DNA from: Catajapyx aquilonaris
Lineage: Eukaryota
DNA: 33,104 nt
Assembly: GCA_000934665.2 (NCBI GenBank)
Contig: JYFJ02004319.1
Location: forward strand, 1 to 33,104
Direction: 5' to 3'
The number at the start of each line of letters is the position of its first letter. The first letter of the stretch is position 1. The translations under genes were made by a program, and so were the position numbers. Under the pieces are notes generated by a model, which worked only from the letters and a program-made list of their open reading frames with translations, did not search any database and was not told where the DNA came from. Below, piece by piece: positions 1-13,026 of the stretch.

Positions 1-96
1 CATATCACTTGGTGACATTTTGAACGGAATAAACTGTCTGACTTAAACGAACCCACTGTCTTTGGTTTTGTGTATGTACCTAGTCGCTCAGGTCAC

Positions 97-152
<56 letters not shown>
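97..152. repeat. (AAT)18 microsatellite
   Basis: 18 perfect AAT units at 97-150 followed by AA. Confidence 0.98.
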
Positions 153-153
<1 letters not shown>

Positions 154-3100
154 GCCAGAGCCCCTGAAGGTATTATTCCAAGATTCATCAGTAAAAGCCA
201 TTTTCCCCATGAATCCTATCCTTGCAGCTCATAGTTAGCGACGCTTTACGGCTTGAGTAGCATAAAATTAATGCATTTTAAGTGCTCCAGTGATTTACGA
301 CATTATTCGAGAAAGAAAATATGGCGGAAGCACACTTATCTGCAGCAACCAAGTTGTATTCCGCTTCGCCAAAGGGTCTATCCTTTTTATCGAACAGAGT
401 TTAAGGTCACTACTCGCAAACTATTTAACCCCAGGCACATTTGAAACTCTGCCTGAAAGAACGGGGGAGAGAAAAAAACTGCTGTTCATATACACACTGC
501 TTCCAAAATTGCCCAAAACTTTTTCCAAGGTGCACCAAATATATACACTTTCCCCCCCTCCCGAAAGTTCATTTGCTAGCCATAAATTGAAAAGCAACCG
601 CAATTTGCAGACTAGAGCTCCTGAAAAGTGGAAGCTGCCTTTTCGACTACAGCTAATTCAGATAGTTGTGCGATCATCAAAGCCTCCCCCCCCCCTTCCG
701 CTATCATCCCACCCTTCCCCCACCCCCCCCAAAAAAAACAACACAAAAAAGTAGCCCCTGCCCTGGGTCCTGGCGGGAACGTTACAAAGCGTATGCGCCA
801 AGTTTGTATATTGTGGCGCATGAATAGCTTATACGGCATAAAGTAGGTAGGAAAGGAGGGAGAGGAGAGATATACTGCATCGCAGCTGGCTTTACCTGAA
901 GTCGTAAAGGGAACTGGAAAGGTTCATCTGGCCAGGGCCAGAAAAGGTGCCTGGGATACGAACTTTCTCCAAACAAAACACTTCCCAAAGTCCTCTCATT
1001 TCAAAACTGGGCGAGTAACTTCATGCTCTCAGAAATGGAAGCAGGCTGACATTTCTAGGCTATCCAGAGGAAGGAAGAACGCCCAGGAATGTGAACAAGG
1101 AGCTAAATAATAGACGGAATTATGCCTTTTCCCCTCCACTCCCCCTCCCCCCCTCATCCTCTTTCCTTCTTGGGAATGCAACGTCGATTCCGCGTCGCAA
1201 GTTTTAACACGCGCAAGAAAGCAGAGAAAAGTAGCGTGAGGCCAAAACTACTTCCTTCTACTGGGGGAAGAGACAGCGGTTCTTATTGACATACCTCTGG
1301 CAGCCAAGCTAAAGGAACCAGCCAGTGAGATTAGTATTCACTTCCCCTGCAAAGTTTGCCTCCCTCATTACCGGGAAAGGGGGATACGAATTGAATACTA
1401 CCAACCTCAAGTTTTAAGGCATTGATGCCACTCAATTCAGCTTCATATAAAAATATCAAATGACGTCTTGTGTTGGATTTTAATAGCTCCCAACAGCAGG
1501 CAAGGAGCACCTCACCAACATAGTTATCAAATTTATGGCAGCAGTTTCTTTAAAAGTTGGCTGCACATCTTGTTAAACTTTCTGAGCATTTCGACTGACT
1601 GATCTCGTCAGGATTAACGGAAAGGGACTGAAAATGCGTATATGCGGGGAGGTATTACACATTGTGGTAGAAAAACTTCTCGTCCTTTTTTTTCCTACCC
1701 GTATTTCTCAACTCGAGAGAGCTTTCTAGTGTCTGCTAATTCTGAGAGAAGAAAGTTGAGAATAATGATATTATGTAGAGCTAAGGCAGAGAGGAGATGA
1801 GACAGGAGATATCGGCTGTTGAGAGGCCCTGACACTTCCGCCCCTATGCAGACTGCTCGTTTAGCCGTGCACTTGACACTTATTAGGAGTTATTTCAGTC
1901 GTAGTTATAGGCCCATCGCGTTACTCCAAAAGATAATTGGCATGTCGGAGAAGCCATAGAGTCCAATGGGAGAGGCAAATGCCCAAATCTGCAATCCAGA
2001 AGCCAGTTTACAAACTAACTAGGCCCAGTTATTACCCTTGTTTTAGTTCGTCAAGGGTGGAATCAGCATTCTGCTAATCACGGGATACCTTGGGAGGAAA
2101 ATTAGCCTACGTAACATGCATTTTCCGCGATATAATCATTAAAGCGAGGCTGGCAACCCCTTTTTGTCAACTTTTCCTCCGCTTCTCCTGCTGATGGGAA
2201 ACTTGAAAATGGCCTGTTTGATAGTAAAAGTTGGGGCGAAGGTATTCAAATCATTTCGTATCATGCCCAAATCCGTTGCACAATATTATCTGCCATCGTA
2301 CTGCAGAGAGTAGACCTTTAACACGGATATTATCTCCCTAAAACACCCCCTCATCGTGCCAAATTCAGCAGATTTACTGATCAATAAATAAGGGAAAGGG
2401 CATTTAACAGTTATTAATGTAAATGGCTAAGTCGGATTCATACAATTTAGGAGCGGATTATAACTGGGCCATCGAAGAGATTTACCATTTTTTTACTATT
2501 CGGAAGACACAAAGGCGATGCACATTTTTCATCCAGATAATGCTCCTGACTACTGCTGAATGCCACTTTGCGAGATATTTTCCCCGCATATTTCTTTCTT
2601 AATACTTCCTTTGCTTCTGAGGGCCTTTTTGGGGAATAAATATCCCTTCTAAACCCGCAGAAGAGGGTATCGGGGAGTAGCTCCCAACTATTCATATAAA
2701 CAAGATGTAGGCCCTATCTGGGCACTAGCATGCTACCAGCTTTCCCAATTAGCAAATAATAGTTTCGTATGTTTTACATTGTGTTTAGTATGAATAATCT
2801 TATCAGTGGTCATAATACGACATGCCGGTTAAACATTCATGATGAGGCGAGGCAAACCGCCAAGCGATTGGACGTGTAATCCTCCGCCGCTCCCAATGCA
2901 TATGTTTGAATAATAGGTAAAGCCGAATCAGAAATTGCACGATAATAGATTCATAGATGAAATTAATTATGTCCCGCGGATGCATACGTAAGTAATCCGG
3001 ACGCATTCCATGATTGCGAGATTGGAGCGCATTTCCATTCCCACCGACGTTCATTTAGTGGCGGCCACAATAACATCGCTTTTGATGTCACAGATTCTTG

Positions 3101-4658
3101 CTGAACGATTGTTTCATTTTCGACGCGGCCAACCCGACGAGAGCAGTAATTTTCAATTCCACGCTGATAATACAAATTAGTATTTAAAAGTAGAGCAGAT
3201 GGCCGCTTGTGCCCGAATCATTCCCTTTATCACCGCAGTTGACAAGGAGCACGTCACATCTACGCTTCGGTGTGCCACTAACGCCGATGAATTATGTAGC
3301 AACAAAGGTTTGCAGTACTCCACTATTCCGCTGTGTACAATCAAAAGATAATCTATAATGAAAAGTGGTTACTCCTCAGCTGATTATCTACCTTTAATTT
3401 AATTAATGTTACATCGTATGTGAATAGTGCAGCGAGGACGTGCCTGTTATTTTGTTAACGCCTTTTCGTATCCAGCTTTTTTTGTCACAAGTAATCACTA
3501 ATGCAGGACATCAGATGGATGGACACTGAACATGTTTGGTCTATTTGAAATTTAATTTGTGAGCCAAAAATGTAAACTGTAAAGGTGAAATGTGTTAATT
3601 TTAATTGCATTTCATCAACTCAATCTCTTACAAATTACGAATGCCAAATTTTGACTGGTGTTGATTTTTAGCGCCAAAATCCTTGTATACTCCTGCAGTT
3701 ACACTTGCCTGGATGAAACCACATAAAACAGCGAAGGTCCAACTCTTTATTTGTTTTATCACTAGTTTGCATTTACTCCAGTTTACATTAACATCCCAAC
3801 TGAATTATTGAAGCCACAGGACAAGTGCCTGATCAATCCCAGGATGAACTCTACGTATATTTAAGTCACTACTATTAGCCGGAAAAGCTTCCTTGCTTGC
3901 ATCAGGAAGTAGAGTGTGTGTATGCGCTCTAGTTGCTATGTAGGGAAACTGATCAGCTCGTTTTTCACAAACATTGGCACGCGTCAATGACGCGTGAGCT
4001 CGCAGGTTTTTGATGTCCTGTGCCGTCCCAAGTAAACCACTAAAGTCAACTATTTCTGTACGTCATGAAGTGAGCAAATGACACGGTGTGGATCACTGGC
4101 CTGCAGCTGGAATTGTCAATCCAGGCGTTCCACTACCTACGTGAAAATGCGCAGCACATGGAAAACTACAGATTGTACAACTGCCTGTACATTTTCAGAG
4201 CGACGCGCGACGGTGCTATTGAAAAGAGTAGGTCTAAAAATTTTAATGCTTGTTTTTTCTCTCTGAAGCCACGAAATAGCGTTAGCATACTTTCTGTTAG
4301 CGCTATTTTAGGATTCAAGTGATGTGTGTGTTTTAACATCTCTAAGTATGCGTAACAATTACATCAGAAATATATTTATAGACGCACTGTATTATATAGC
4401 TTTAGGAAACGCTGGAAGATATGGCTGTGAGCGTACAGAATAATAGAGAATTCATGCAAAGCCTTACATGTTAAACAACTTGGCATGATAATTCTGGGAG
4501 CGAAATACAATATTACTAGAAATATAATATTCTATATTTTCCCTGCGAGTATTAACTTATATGTTAACATCCATCATGATATGAGGCACAATATATTATG
4601 AGTAGATAAGAATAAGGTTTTAAGTGGAGATATGCGTGTAAGGGCCGATAGTCTAACC

Positions 4659-5080
4659 CAGTGGTTCCCAACCTGGGGGCGTGAGAGGATTTCAGGGGGG
4701 CGTGAGGCCATGAGAAATAAGTAAAATAATGTAACATGCTTGGGCTTGGAGCTGCTGGAAAGATTATGAAGGGAGCGACTTTTCTGCTTGCTTATATCCG
4801 ATGTGCTTACAGTATATGAGGATTCCATTGTACTTTGTAAGTTACATTCACCTGAATTTGTGTGACCTTGAACCCAATTTTTTTTGCCTGCGACGGGATT
4901 CTTTCTTCTTCTCTCTTTTCCCCTATTTAGACATGTTTTGCATGCCTCTTGTACAGTTATAAAACTATATTAAAGAAACTCTTGCCGAAGTTGATTGGGA
5001 ACGGGGGAAGGGGGGGGGGGCGTGAGTATTTGGTGAGAACAGAAAGGGGGGCTTCATGACGAAAAGGTTGGGAACCACTG
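4659..5080. mobile_element. Non-autonomous hAT transposon (MITE, Charlie/Buster-like), 422 bp
   Basis: Perfect 16-bp TIRs CAGTGGTTCCCAACCT (4659-4674) / AGGTTGGGAACCACTG (5065-5080). Identical 8-bp TSD GTCTAACC at 4651-4658 and 5081-5088. An 8-bp TSD with central TA and CAG termini is typical of hAT Charlie/Buster. The subterminal motif GGGGGCGTGAG recurs near both ends. Confidence 0.93.
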
Positions 5081-5264
5081 GTCTAACCTTTCGTTTGTTC
5101 AGAATTACCCATTATCCTGAGCAACGTTTTCATTGAGATTAAAATTTTATCACAATATCAATTTTATTGATATGATAATACTCGTAGCTGTAACAGCTAC
5201 AAGATGATGGGATGAATAGTAGGGCAAGAAAAAGGCACATCGTCAATAATTACTGGGTATATGT

Positions 5265-5935
5265 GAGGGGGTGAAAATCAAAAACCGACAGCTCCGTCAT
5301 AAACGTAACGGAGAAAAACGAGAAAAACCTACAGTTTCGCCGTATGTCAACGTAGACACCTGAATGTAGCGGCTATAGATTCCTTTACTAGCAACTCAAC
5401 CATTGGTAAGTTATTATGAAATCATCCGCCATTACCCAAGGAGCTGTGGACCGTCCATTCCGCCACTGGCCGGTTTTTGATTTGCAACAGGCTGGAGTTG
5501 GCGCTTTTTGATGCAAAATTGAGTGAGGGAACCATGAAACACAGGTTTATCCGGCGTGTAAATGTTTAAGTTTATTCCACGCTTACATACCAACGTTCCA
5601 TTACATTACGCAAGGTGTTCTGTTAAATGCGCATCTCATTCGCACCGTCGTTATCAGTACGAGCTTCGCAGTATGTACTGTCTCCCATAAGTCCCATGTC
5701 AGCTTTAGTTTCGTGGGAGCTGGCGGTTTTTGATCTGTGATTTTCTGCGAGTGGGGATGGAGCTGACGGTTTTTGTTACGGAGGTCACTTTTCACCCCTG
5801 AATTTGACGGCTTTGTTGTAGGGTTTTAAATACCATATTCAGGTATTATGTACTCCATGGCATGAGGAATGCATTGCCGGCGCTAACTCATTTTTTTGGT
5901 TTTTGGAGCTGTCGGTTTTTGATTTTCACCCCCTC
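5265..5935. mobile_element. Non-autonomous DNA transposon, Sola2-like, 671 bp
   Basis: Perfect 31-bp TIRs GAGGGGGTGAAAATCAAAAACCGACAGCTCC (5265-5295 / 5905-5935). 4-bp TSD ATGT at 5261-5264 and 5936-5939. GRG termini plus a 4-bp TSD match my recollection of Sola2. The element itself is certain; the superfamily is less so. Confidence 0.88.
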
Positions 5936-6669
5936 ATGTATCATATCCGTCCGGGAGACACTATACGTGGCACTTAATAATTTCTATATTTACTCTCTTC
6001 CCGTTCTCCATTAAAATGACTATACTGATTAACAAGAACTATCGGGGCAAAACACAGTCTTTTAATGAATAAAGCATAAAGTATTTATAGGCTACTATTT
6101 AATAACCGTACGTCAAAACCCAACTTAATGCAATTCCATGATGTTCATCCGTCCCACTGATAGAGCGGACACAAACTTCGTGTACTCAATTAACTTCAGT
6201 TACAAAAAAGAGGTTATTATCCTTCACAACCAATAAAGAAATAATAACAGCATCAACCGAAGTTAGCAGGATAGTCTCACTTTGGCAAACCGATCAATAA
6301 TTACGACAACTGGCTGGCGGTGAGTTTGATCAACTCTTATTTCCACCAAGAACAATCGTATTACAATTTCCATACGTGATCGGTATTTTACCGACTTTTC
6401 GATATAATACGAGTGACGGATAAAATAATATATACCTTAGACGGAGACGAGCTTTTTATCCTAACTCTTCATGGCCACCCAAGCGCCTCTCTTGCTCAGC
6501 GAAAAGTCTGACTTACAGGATGAACACGAGAATAAAATTTAACAGAGTCCAACCTGCCTACTATGCAACCCAAGCGCTTCAATTGTCTGACAGGACGCCA
6601 TACTTTACAGGCGTTGAATTGTCCGGATTATTTCCTAAGCGATCCAAGCGTCTTTTATAAAAATAAATT

Positions 6670-6890
6670 TTTGTGTCCATCGCAATCACCCGATTTAAAT
6701 TTCTTCAAACTTCCTCTTGAGAGGTCATCTTAGCGAATGAGTATTGGCAGAACAAAGGGTTTACTACTGACGCTTTGAGAGAAAGCATTAGGCCTACTCA
6801 TATTAAGCTTGTACCATGGTGGACTCCTTAGAACTCACAGAAACGCTGCCAAGATAATTATGACTAATTGTGCACGGTGGATCACATTGG
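6670..6890 (+). pseudogene. Decayed Tc1/IS630-family transposase C-terminal fragment
   Basis: 6674-6700 translates CPSQSPDLN (cf. WPPxSPDLN). After frameshifts/stops it continues FLLRGHLSE*V and NKGFTTDALRESIR (cf. DFFLWGxLKxxVY...TxxELKxxI). Boundaries approximate. Confidence 0.6.
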
Positions 6891-9860
6891 TCACTTTATA
6901 CATGTTACGTGACATCATCTTCTCCTGTGTGAAAAAGATGTAGGGACGAAACCATTTAGCACATCTGGTTCAATAACACCTGATCTACAATATGAAGTTT
7001 TATCGACTTTTATAATATTATGAATCCTTTTATAATCGTCGTGGTAAATTAGAAACATTGGGAAAATTGTTCGGGTGGAGAATAGAATCACTTGAAATTC
7101 ACCCCCCGACAGCTTCAAAGGCTGCTAAGAGGGCAGAAATGAACCAGAAAAACCGATATAAACTAAAGAGTGCCGTAAAATAAAATTCTCGATGTCTCGC
7201 CTCCTGCGTTTACTGGGAATAAATTTGACCATCCTGAAAATACATACAATCACGACCTAGTTCCTCGTGATGAGAACATCCCACGTAAGGTTTCTTCACT
7301 TACAAGGACGTCTTAAATTCTTGTAAGCGTAACAATACAAAAATTACCTTCGTGCCATGAAGTACACAACAAAGACTGGAGTAATTGCAATTATATTTAA
7401 GAAAAGCTAGAATGCAGGTACCACAACAATTTCTTTGGTGTCCCAGCTAATTGACAGAAGGTGGCGTGCATTGGAACAAGAATCACAACACTTGAGCAGG
7501 GCCTAATGAAAGATTATTAAATATTTTTATCATTGTCATAGTATTTGAACTTCATGGGAAAAACCATGCAAAATCATTTTTGCGCTCCCATACATTCACA
7601 ACAACAACATACTGATGGACTGGAAACGGTCGCGAGGTTTGGTGAAATTCCAGTGACACTCATGTTAGCTGCTTAATAGCCAGAAATATCCGGCATCACG
7701 CCCGCGCCCGAAAGACATAACAGGAGCTATAATTTTGCTATGAATTTGAAATATCACAAGCCTTTCGATTTGGTTGGAGATTTTGATTGCTGTCGAAGTA
7801 TGAATGGACTATAATTAAATGGCCTCAAATTTACGAGTGATGTTAAGTGGAACGGAAAAACCATTTTGTCGAGATGGCGACATATGTCGACTACGGTAAA
7901 CTTGCTCCGAAAAATACCCACTCCACATGAAGACTTCAATGTGATTATATTTTATCTCAACCTATGTCGGATATTTGTAACTTAATTATGTAATAATTAA
8001 TCGATGATAGTGGTCATTTTTTCACCAATGTTTGCAAAATACCAGCGTGAGGGCCGTTGCATATTTCTTTGCCACCTTTTAAAATATTAAGCACAAAAGT
8101 TTATTTCTAGAAAAACCCATTCATTCAAGTTACTGTTGCCTGTGATTTAAACATTATTATAAGTATGCTTCATATTATTTGCTTGTTGTAGGTGTTACCT
8201 CCGGAATTGGCCTATTCATCAATATGTTCGTTGTCCATGATACAACTTTAGCTACACCAAATCCTCTTCAGAAGCCAAGTGGCTCCCTGGGAAAAAAAAA
8301 CTGATATTGTAAAAACTGCATCTTTCGAAAGGCACATCTGGCACCATCACCTCTGCCAGCATTTTAACACTTCATTTTTTCCCCATTTTCCGCCCAAGCG
8401 ACACCCGAATTATCGCATTTGCGAGTCGCAGCCTGGCTTTGGCAGCATTCCCTCAAATCTGCATCCGCGATATATAGTCCCCTCCACCTCACATTTGGCA
8501 TCGAATAAATTAGGAACCGGGAACTCCAATCGGCCTGGTTGTTTCCGTGCCTGAAGTGGAATTACACCGACTTTCCTAGCTCGCCTTACTTATGTACAAG
8601 CATGTCTGCCGGTTTAGGTATTGATAACGTGGCGAAACAGCAGATATGCTACTGGATTATAAAGAGAGGAGAAAAGCGTGTGGGAAAGTCTTTTGCCCAA
8701 CAAGTGGCGGAAGGAACCACTTTTCCTCTGCCTCTTTTCTTTTCCTCCCCCTTTCTCCGTTTTTTCCTCTTCTTTTTTTTCTTCATTCGTCTAGGTTTTT
8801 TGGTGAGGCTCCACCCTCGCCCACTTTCCCATCCTTCCCTTCTGTAGGTGAAAATTGGTCACGCCTCTTTCCCCAAGTCCCTCTCTCCGTGCTGATTTCA
8901 TTTGGGAGGGCCTGAGTTGGAGCGATGGTTGAAAAGAAGTGGAAAAGAACGCCCGAGAAACACCAGCCTTCACAGAACTATATTTCCCTTCCCACTTGCC
9001 TTGTTTCCGTCCTAAACACGAACCCCGATATTGAATCCTACCGGTCACAGATGGTTTATTATTGATCGTTGGCCTGTTGCGTTTCAAAAGTGTATATACC
9101 CCCCAGCCTGCTTCCAGAAGTGCCAAAATAAGCTCGGAGTGCTAAATTACATTTGAAAATGACCATTGACACCTTCACACCCCCTGCCTCCCACTGGAAA
9201 CTAGACCAAAGTGGCTCCGCTCTGACCTTTCATTCAGTTAGTGAAGGACCTGGAAGAGTAATTTATAAATGCACCCTGTTACTCTGCTGGCTTCGGGCCT
9301 CCATTAACGTGAAGCGTTGAAAATGTAATTGGCCAGGTTGCACGTCAGGTCAAGCTCTTGCAAGTCTTGCACTACCGGATTTACAGAACGTGGGTCATGC
9401 ACAAGTTGCATCAGGCTTAATTATGCAGGCCGACATCAGTGCAGGTGTAGGGGTCTATTAAGAAATAGTAATAAGGCCGGGATTTTGCCGAATTAATTCC
9501 TAAGCAGCTTTGTTGTTTGCGGCTTTTCAGGTTAGTGTCGCTTTGAGTGCCAGCATATCACGGCGATTTTTACAGGCACATCGATTTGCGTCCATATCGT
9601 TGTACTGAGAAGGGCCAATTATCTTTGATATGATTTGAAATGTAAGAGACAGTGCATCCCCACTATGGCTTGTACATTCTCATAAAGTGCCACAAAACAC
9701 ACCCTATGCTTTTGTGCCTTATTTTTATAAAAGTTTTAAAGCGAACTGTTCAGATAAATAATAATTCATTATAAATTACAATATTAATAAAATTTAATCC
9801 ATATTTTTCAAGAAGTCATATTATGCAGTGTGAGCGGCGTTAGATTACATGCGTCTAATC

Positions 9861-10071
9861 CCGGTGCCGGCAACTCTAACCGTGGTTTTCTGTGGTTTCC
9901 CATGGTTCCTCCAGGAGAATTCCGGAGTTGTTTCCTAAACTAATAGGCCACAGCCGCCTCCTTCCTTTCCTATCCTATCCCAAAAAGCGCAGTAAAAACG
10001 AAACGAAGAGTTCCAGTCAAAAAAATGTCCCTCCTAAAGAGCCGCCGGCTGATAACGGGGTAAAAAAAATA
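9861..10071 (+). mobile_element. 5'-truncated tRNA-derived SINE (same family as 12121-12341)
   Basis: Perfect 17-bp TSD ATTACATGCGTCTAATC at 9844-9860 and 10072-10088, with an A-rich 3' end. 9861-9976 aligns by eye at about 80-85% with the reverse complement of 12167-12280. The core CGTGGTTTTCTGTGGTTTCCC...AGGCCACAGCCGCCTCCTTCC resembles insect Lm1-type SINEs (recalled). Confidence 0.88.
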
Positions 10072-10419
10072 ATTACATGCGTCTAATCGCAACTTATACA
10101 AAAAATTATAAGGGCACGCCACCCACACAGTGCATCAAGAAGAAATTAATATTAGCCTAAGATTATCGTAACCTATCCCAAGCATGTGGTAGAAACTGGC
10201 AAAAACGTACGTCAGACGTACGCAAAGACCGTAAATATTAGATATGAAAGTCAATTATGCCAAGTTCGCACCTTTTGGTTTTTCTTTATGGACACCTGGT
10301 CGGGTGAAAATGTCACACAGGATTTTTAAATATATGAAAATAGTTGTTATCAAACTGCTTCGGAAGCAGGCAACACCGGGAATCTTTGATGGGTAAAGAT
10401 GGGTCCGAAAGGCAGCCTT

Positions 10420-10544
10420 GGCGCGGGTTTCACCAGGTCGTTATCTTCCACACACGCCAATAAAAATTCATGAGACGCAGCGTGTACTTTATTGGTCCGT
10501 GAATTGGAAGGCGTGTTTTAACGATAAATCTAATGCAGACGGCC
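10420..10544. mobile_element. Possible old palindromic PIF/Harbinger-type MITE
   Basis: The left end GGCGCGGGTTTCACCAGGTCGTTAT resembles the left end of the 25542 element (CGGGTTTCACCAACCTCGTTAT). Internal inverted pairs CTTCCA..CACGCCAATAAA / TTTATTGGTCCGTG..TGGAAG; right end ...GCAGACGGCC. No clean TSD. Confidence 0.3.
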
Positions 10545-12120
10545 TTTAAGACCGCAGCTGAGCAATGCGTGCCTTTTGCCCTACCTCTCTCTGAATAATA
10601 ATGCGATACGTTTTTGCTGTCAGATTTTAAAACGGGATTGTTTATTATTTTTAATGCATAGACTACCGGTATGGGATGTTTGTACTGTGCATTGTTATGA
10701 TTCATTCTTGTAAAATTTAATAATAAAATTGATTAATAAAATGTTTTTAAATACGATAAAATCATGTTTCGGAGGACTTAGGTGATCTTGTGAGCACTTT
10801 GGGGTGAATGAAGCATACAGAGTATACAGTATGCACAGGTCCTCTAGTCCTGCCGTACCCCTATGTTGGTTGTTGGTTTGTGTTGGTTGTTAACTTCTAC
10901 CATTTGATACCATTTGATGCGCTGCCATGGAAAAAACAGTGTTAGTTACTCGGGGTGACCAGACCCACATTGCAAAGGCAGAAAAAAGAGCCACAGCAAT
11001 TGGAATGGTTGCCTAGCGATCCACAGGGTTTCTTTCCATAGCAACATAATACGTGTATAGTCAGCCAGGGGGGTAAGCTACTTCGGGTGACCAAATTAGG
11101 AGTCTAGAAAAAGAGAGGCCAACTTTTAACAAATCTAGAATAGAAGGGAAAAAAAGATGATGGTGGTTAGAATGTTCTGAAACCAGAGTCTTTTCTGTGG
11201 AGAAGTTTTGCATGAAAGCAAATGCGCTAGAGGAAAATCGGAGGGTGGGAAATCATGAAAGATAAGCTAAAATGCCACATTACTGGGGGTTGGCAGCACG
11301 ACAGCATCAAGCATAAATTCAAATGTATAATATGCACAGAATGCATGTGGATATTCCCCCCAAGTCTTTCCTATTTCCGCCGTTCCCTTCACCCTCATCT
11401 CATTTATTCGAAATGCCCTTGACCCATTCGATATGGAAAAGACCACGAGCAATAGCGCCATCTTTGTGCCTAGATATGTGGTGTCTCAGCCTATGGTTCT
11501 TCATTCCCGGAAAGTTCTACTCTTGCACCCCCTGGGCCTTGTCCGTCTTTTTTCTTGACGAATCAACACCATAACCGTATCAAAATAATATGCCCTTTCC
11601 CCTTAACCAAGCCGCGGCCACCATGTGCCTAAATTCCCTTGACAATTCTTGCAGAAATGCCCCAAAAAATGAAAGTGTGAAGGTAAATATTCGCATTTCC
11701 CGGCAAATTGGTAAAAATCAGGACATTTGTGTTTGTGATTTTACTGATGAGATCTGACTAATTTCCGGGCAGGGAACGATTTTTCGGCTTACTCCCAATT
11801 TCGTGATGAAAAATGCGAGATTTTGTCAAAATTTAAGATCATACAAATGGGTCTTAATTACTCGTCCATAAAACCGTGCTCTCGTGGTAATCATATATAA
11901 TGAACATGTTATTACAAGCAACTATAATCAAGTATATTATTAAAAACAGGAGTGATTTACCGACGCAGCCACATTATAACATCAGCGAGTCTAATGACAC
12001 CCGAATTAAAACACAGAAAGAAGTAATACTGCATCAATTAAGTCCAAGGGTTAAGGCGGCAATAGAGCATTATGGCTCTACTGTAATTGGAAATTCTAGG
12101 CCACTTGTGGCACTTTATAA

Positions 12121-12341
12121 TTGATATATTTAAGGAGGTTGGCCCAGCATTGCCTTTCAACCTCCAAGGATAGGGAAGGAAGGAAGCGGCTGTGGCCTAT
12201 TATACGGAAGCAACCCCGGAATTATCCTAGAAAGACCGTGGAAGACCACAGAAAACCACGGTCAAGGTTGCCGGCCCCGGGATTCGAACCCAGGACCTCC
12301 CGATTAGCAGGCGGACGCCTTATCCACTATGCCAACCTGGC
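12121..12341 (-). mobile_element. Full-length tRNA-derived SINE (Lm1-like core)
   Basis: Minus strand reads GCCAGGTTGGCATAGTGGATAAGGCGTCCGCCTGCTAATCGGGAGGTCCTGGGTTCGAATCCCGGGGCCGGCA. A box TGGCATAGTGG (12324-12334), B box GGTTCGAATCC (12280-12290), tRNA-like head. It is followed by the shared core and a 3' stem-loop (12134-12165). No clean TSD seen. Confidence 0.88.
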
Positions 12342-13026
12342 ACTGTCCTTTAAAAATTAATCCGGCAACAAACCTTACAACATTCTGCATGCAAATTAAC
12401 ATTATACTCTATCTTTAATGAATAGAAATCTATAAATAACTGACTACACCGGGCAGTTCTCGAAAACATGGCATTTGAAGACATTCTTGTTCCGTCTTGT
12501 GAATCCCGCGATTTTTTCGGCAACTGCAGTAAATTTTGACTGACAGGAGGTATAAATAACATCTCCGAACACCGAAATACGATACTAAGCTTTGCGACAA
12601 ACGTTTTTGAACGTCCCTTGGGAGTTTCTCGCGAACTGAGTCAAGATTTCCACTTTAGCTTCTAGCATTTTCTGGTGTCAATAATGTGAGATAGTACAGT
12701 AATACTTCATGGTGTCTCAAATGATACCCTCTCTCCGCCGAGGTAAAATACTGACAGAAAACCTTCCACTGAATGCCTAAGCGGAAGACCCCATGTGACC
12801 ATCAAACATTTTATATGTGAAATGGTGCTCTCGTATCTGTATTCATCAGAAGATGTCAGTGTTTTCTGTCGACGCGTGAAGAGAGGCCCTTAATCAAAGG
12901 GAAATGCATATATGATCAGCACTTTCGTATTCGCCCTGTATTTTAGTCCCAATTCACGTGAAAATTTCGTTGTCAGAGGGCATCTAGGAAGATCACAAGA
13001 CTAGTAACTTAAATTTAAAAATAATA

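Noticed and set aside
253..988. Overlapping ORFs up to 154 aa (290-754 etc.)
   Set aside because: They run through C/A homopolymers, have low-complexity translations and non-ATG starts, and show no recognisable domain; consistent with chance ORFs.
12270..12341. tRNA gene (GCT anticodon-like loop)
   Set aside because: The acceptor and anticodon stems have mismatches, there is no long variable arm as expected for tRNA-Ser, and it runs directly into a SINE core; it is a SINE head.
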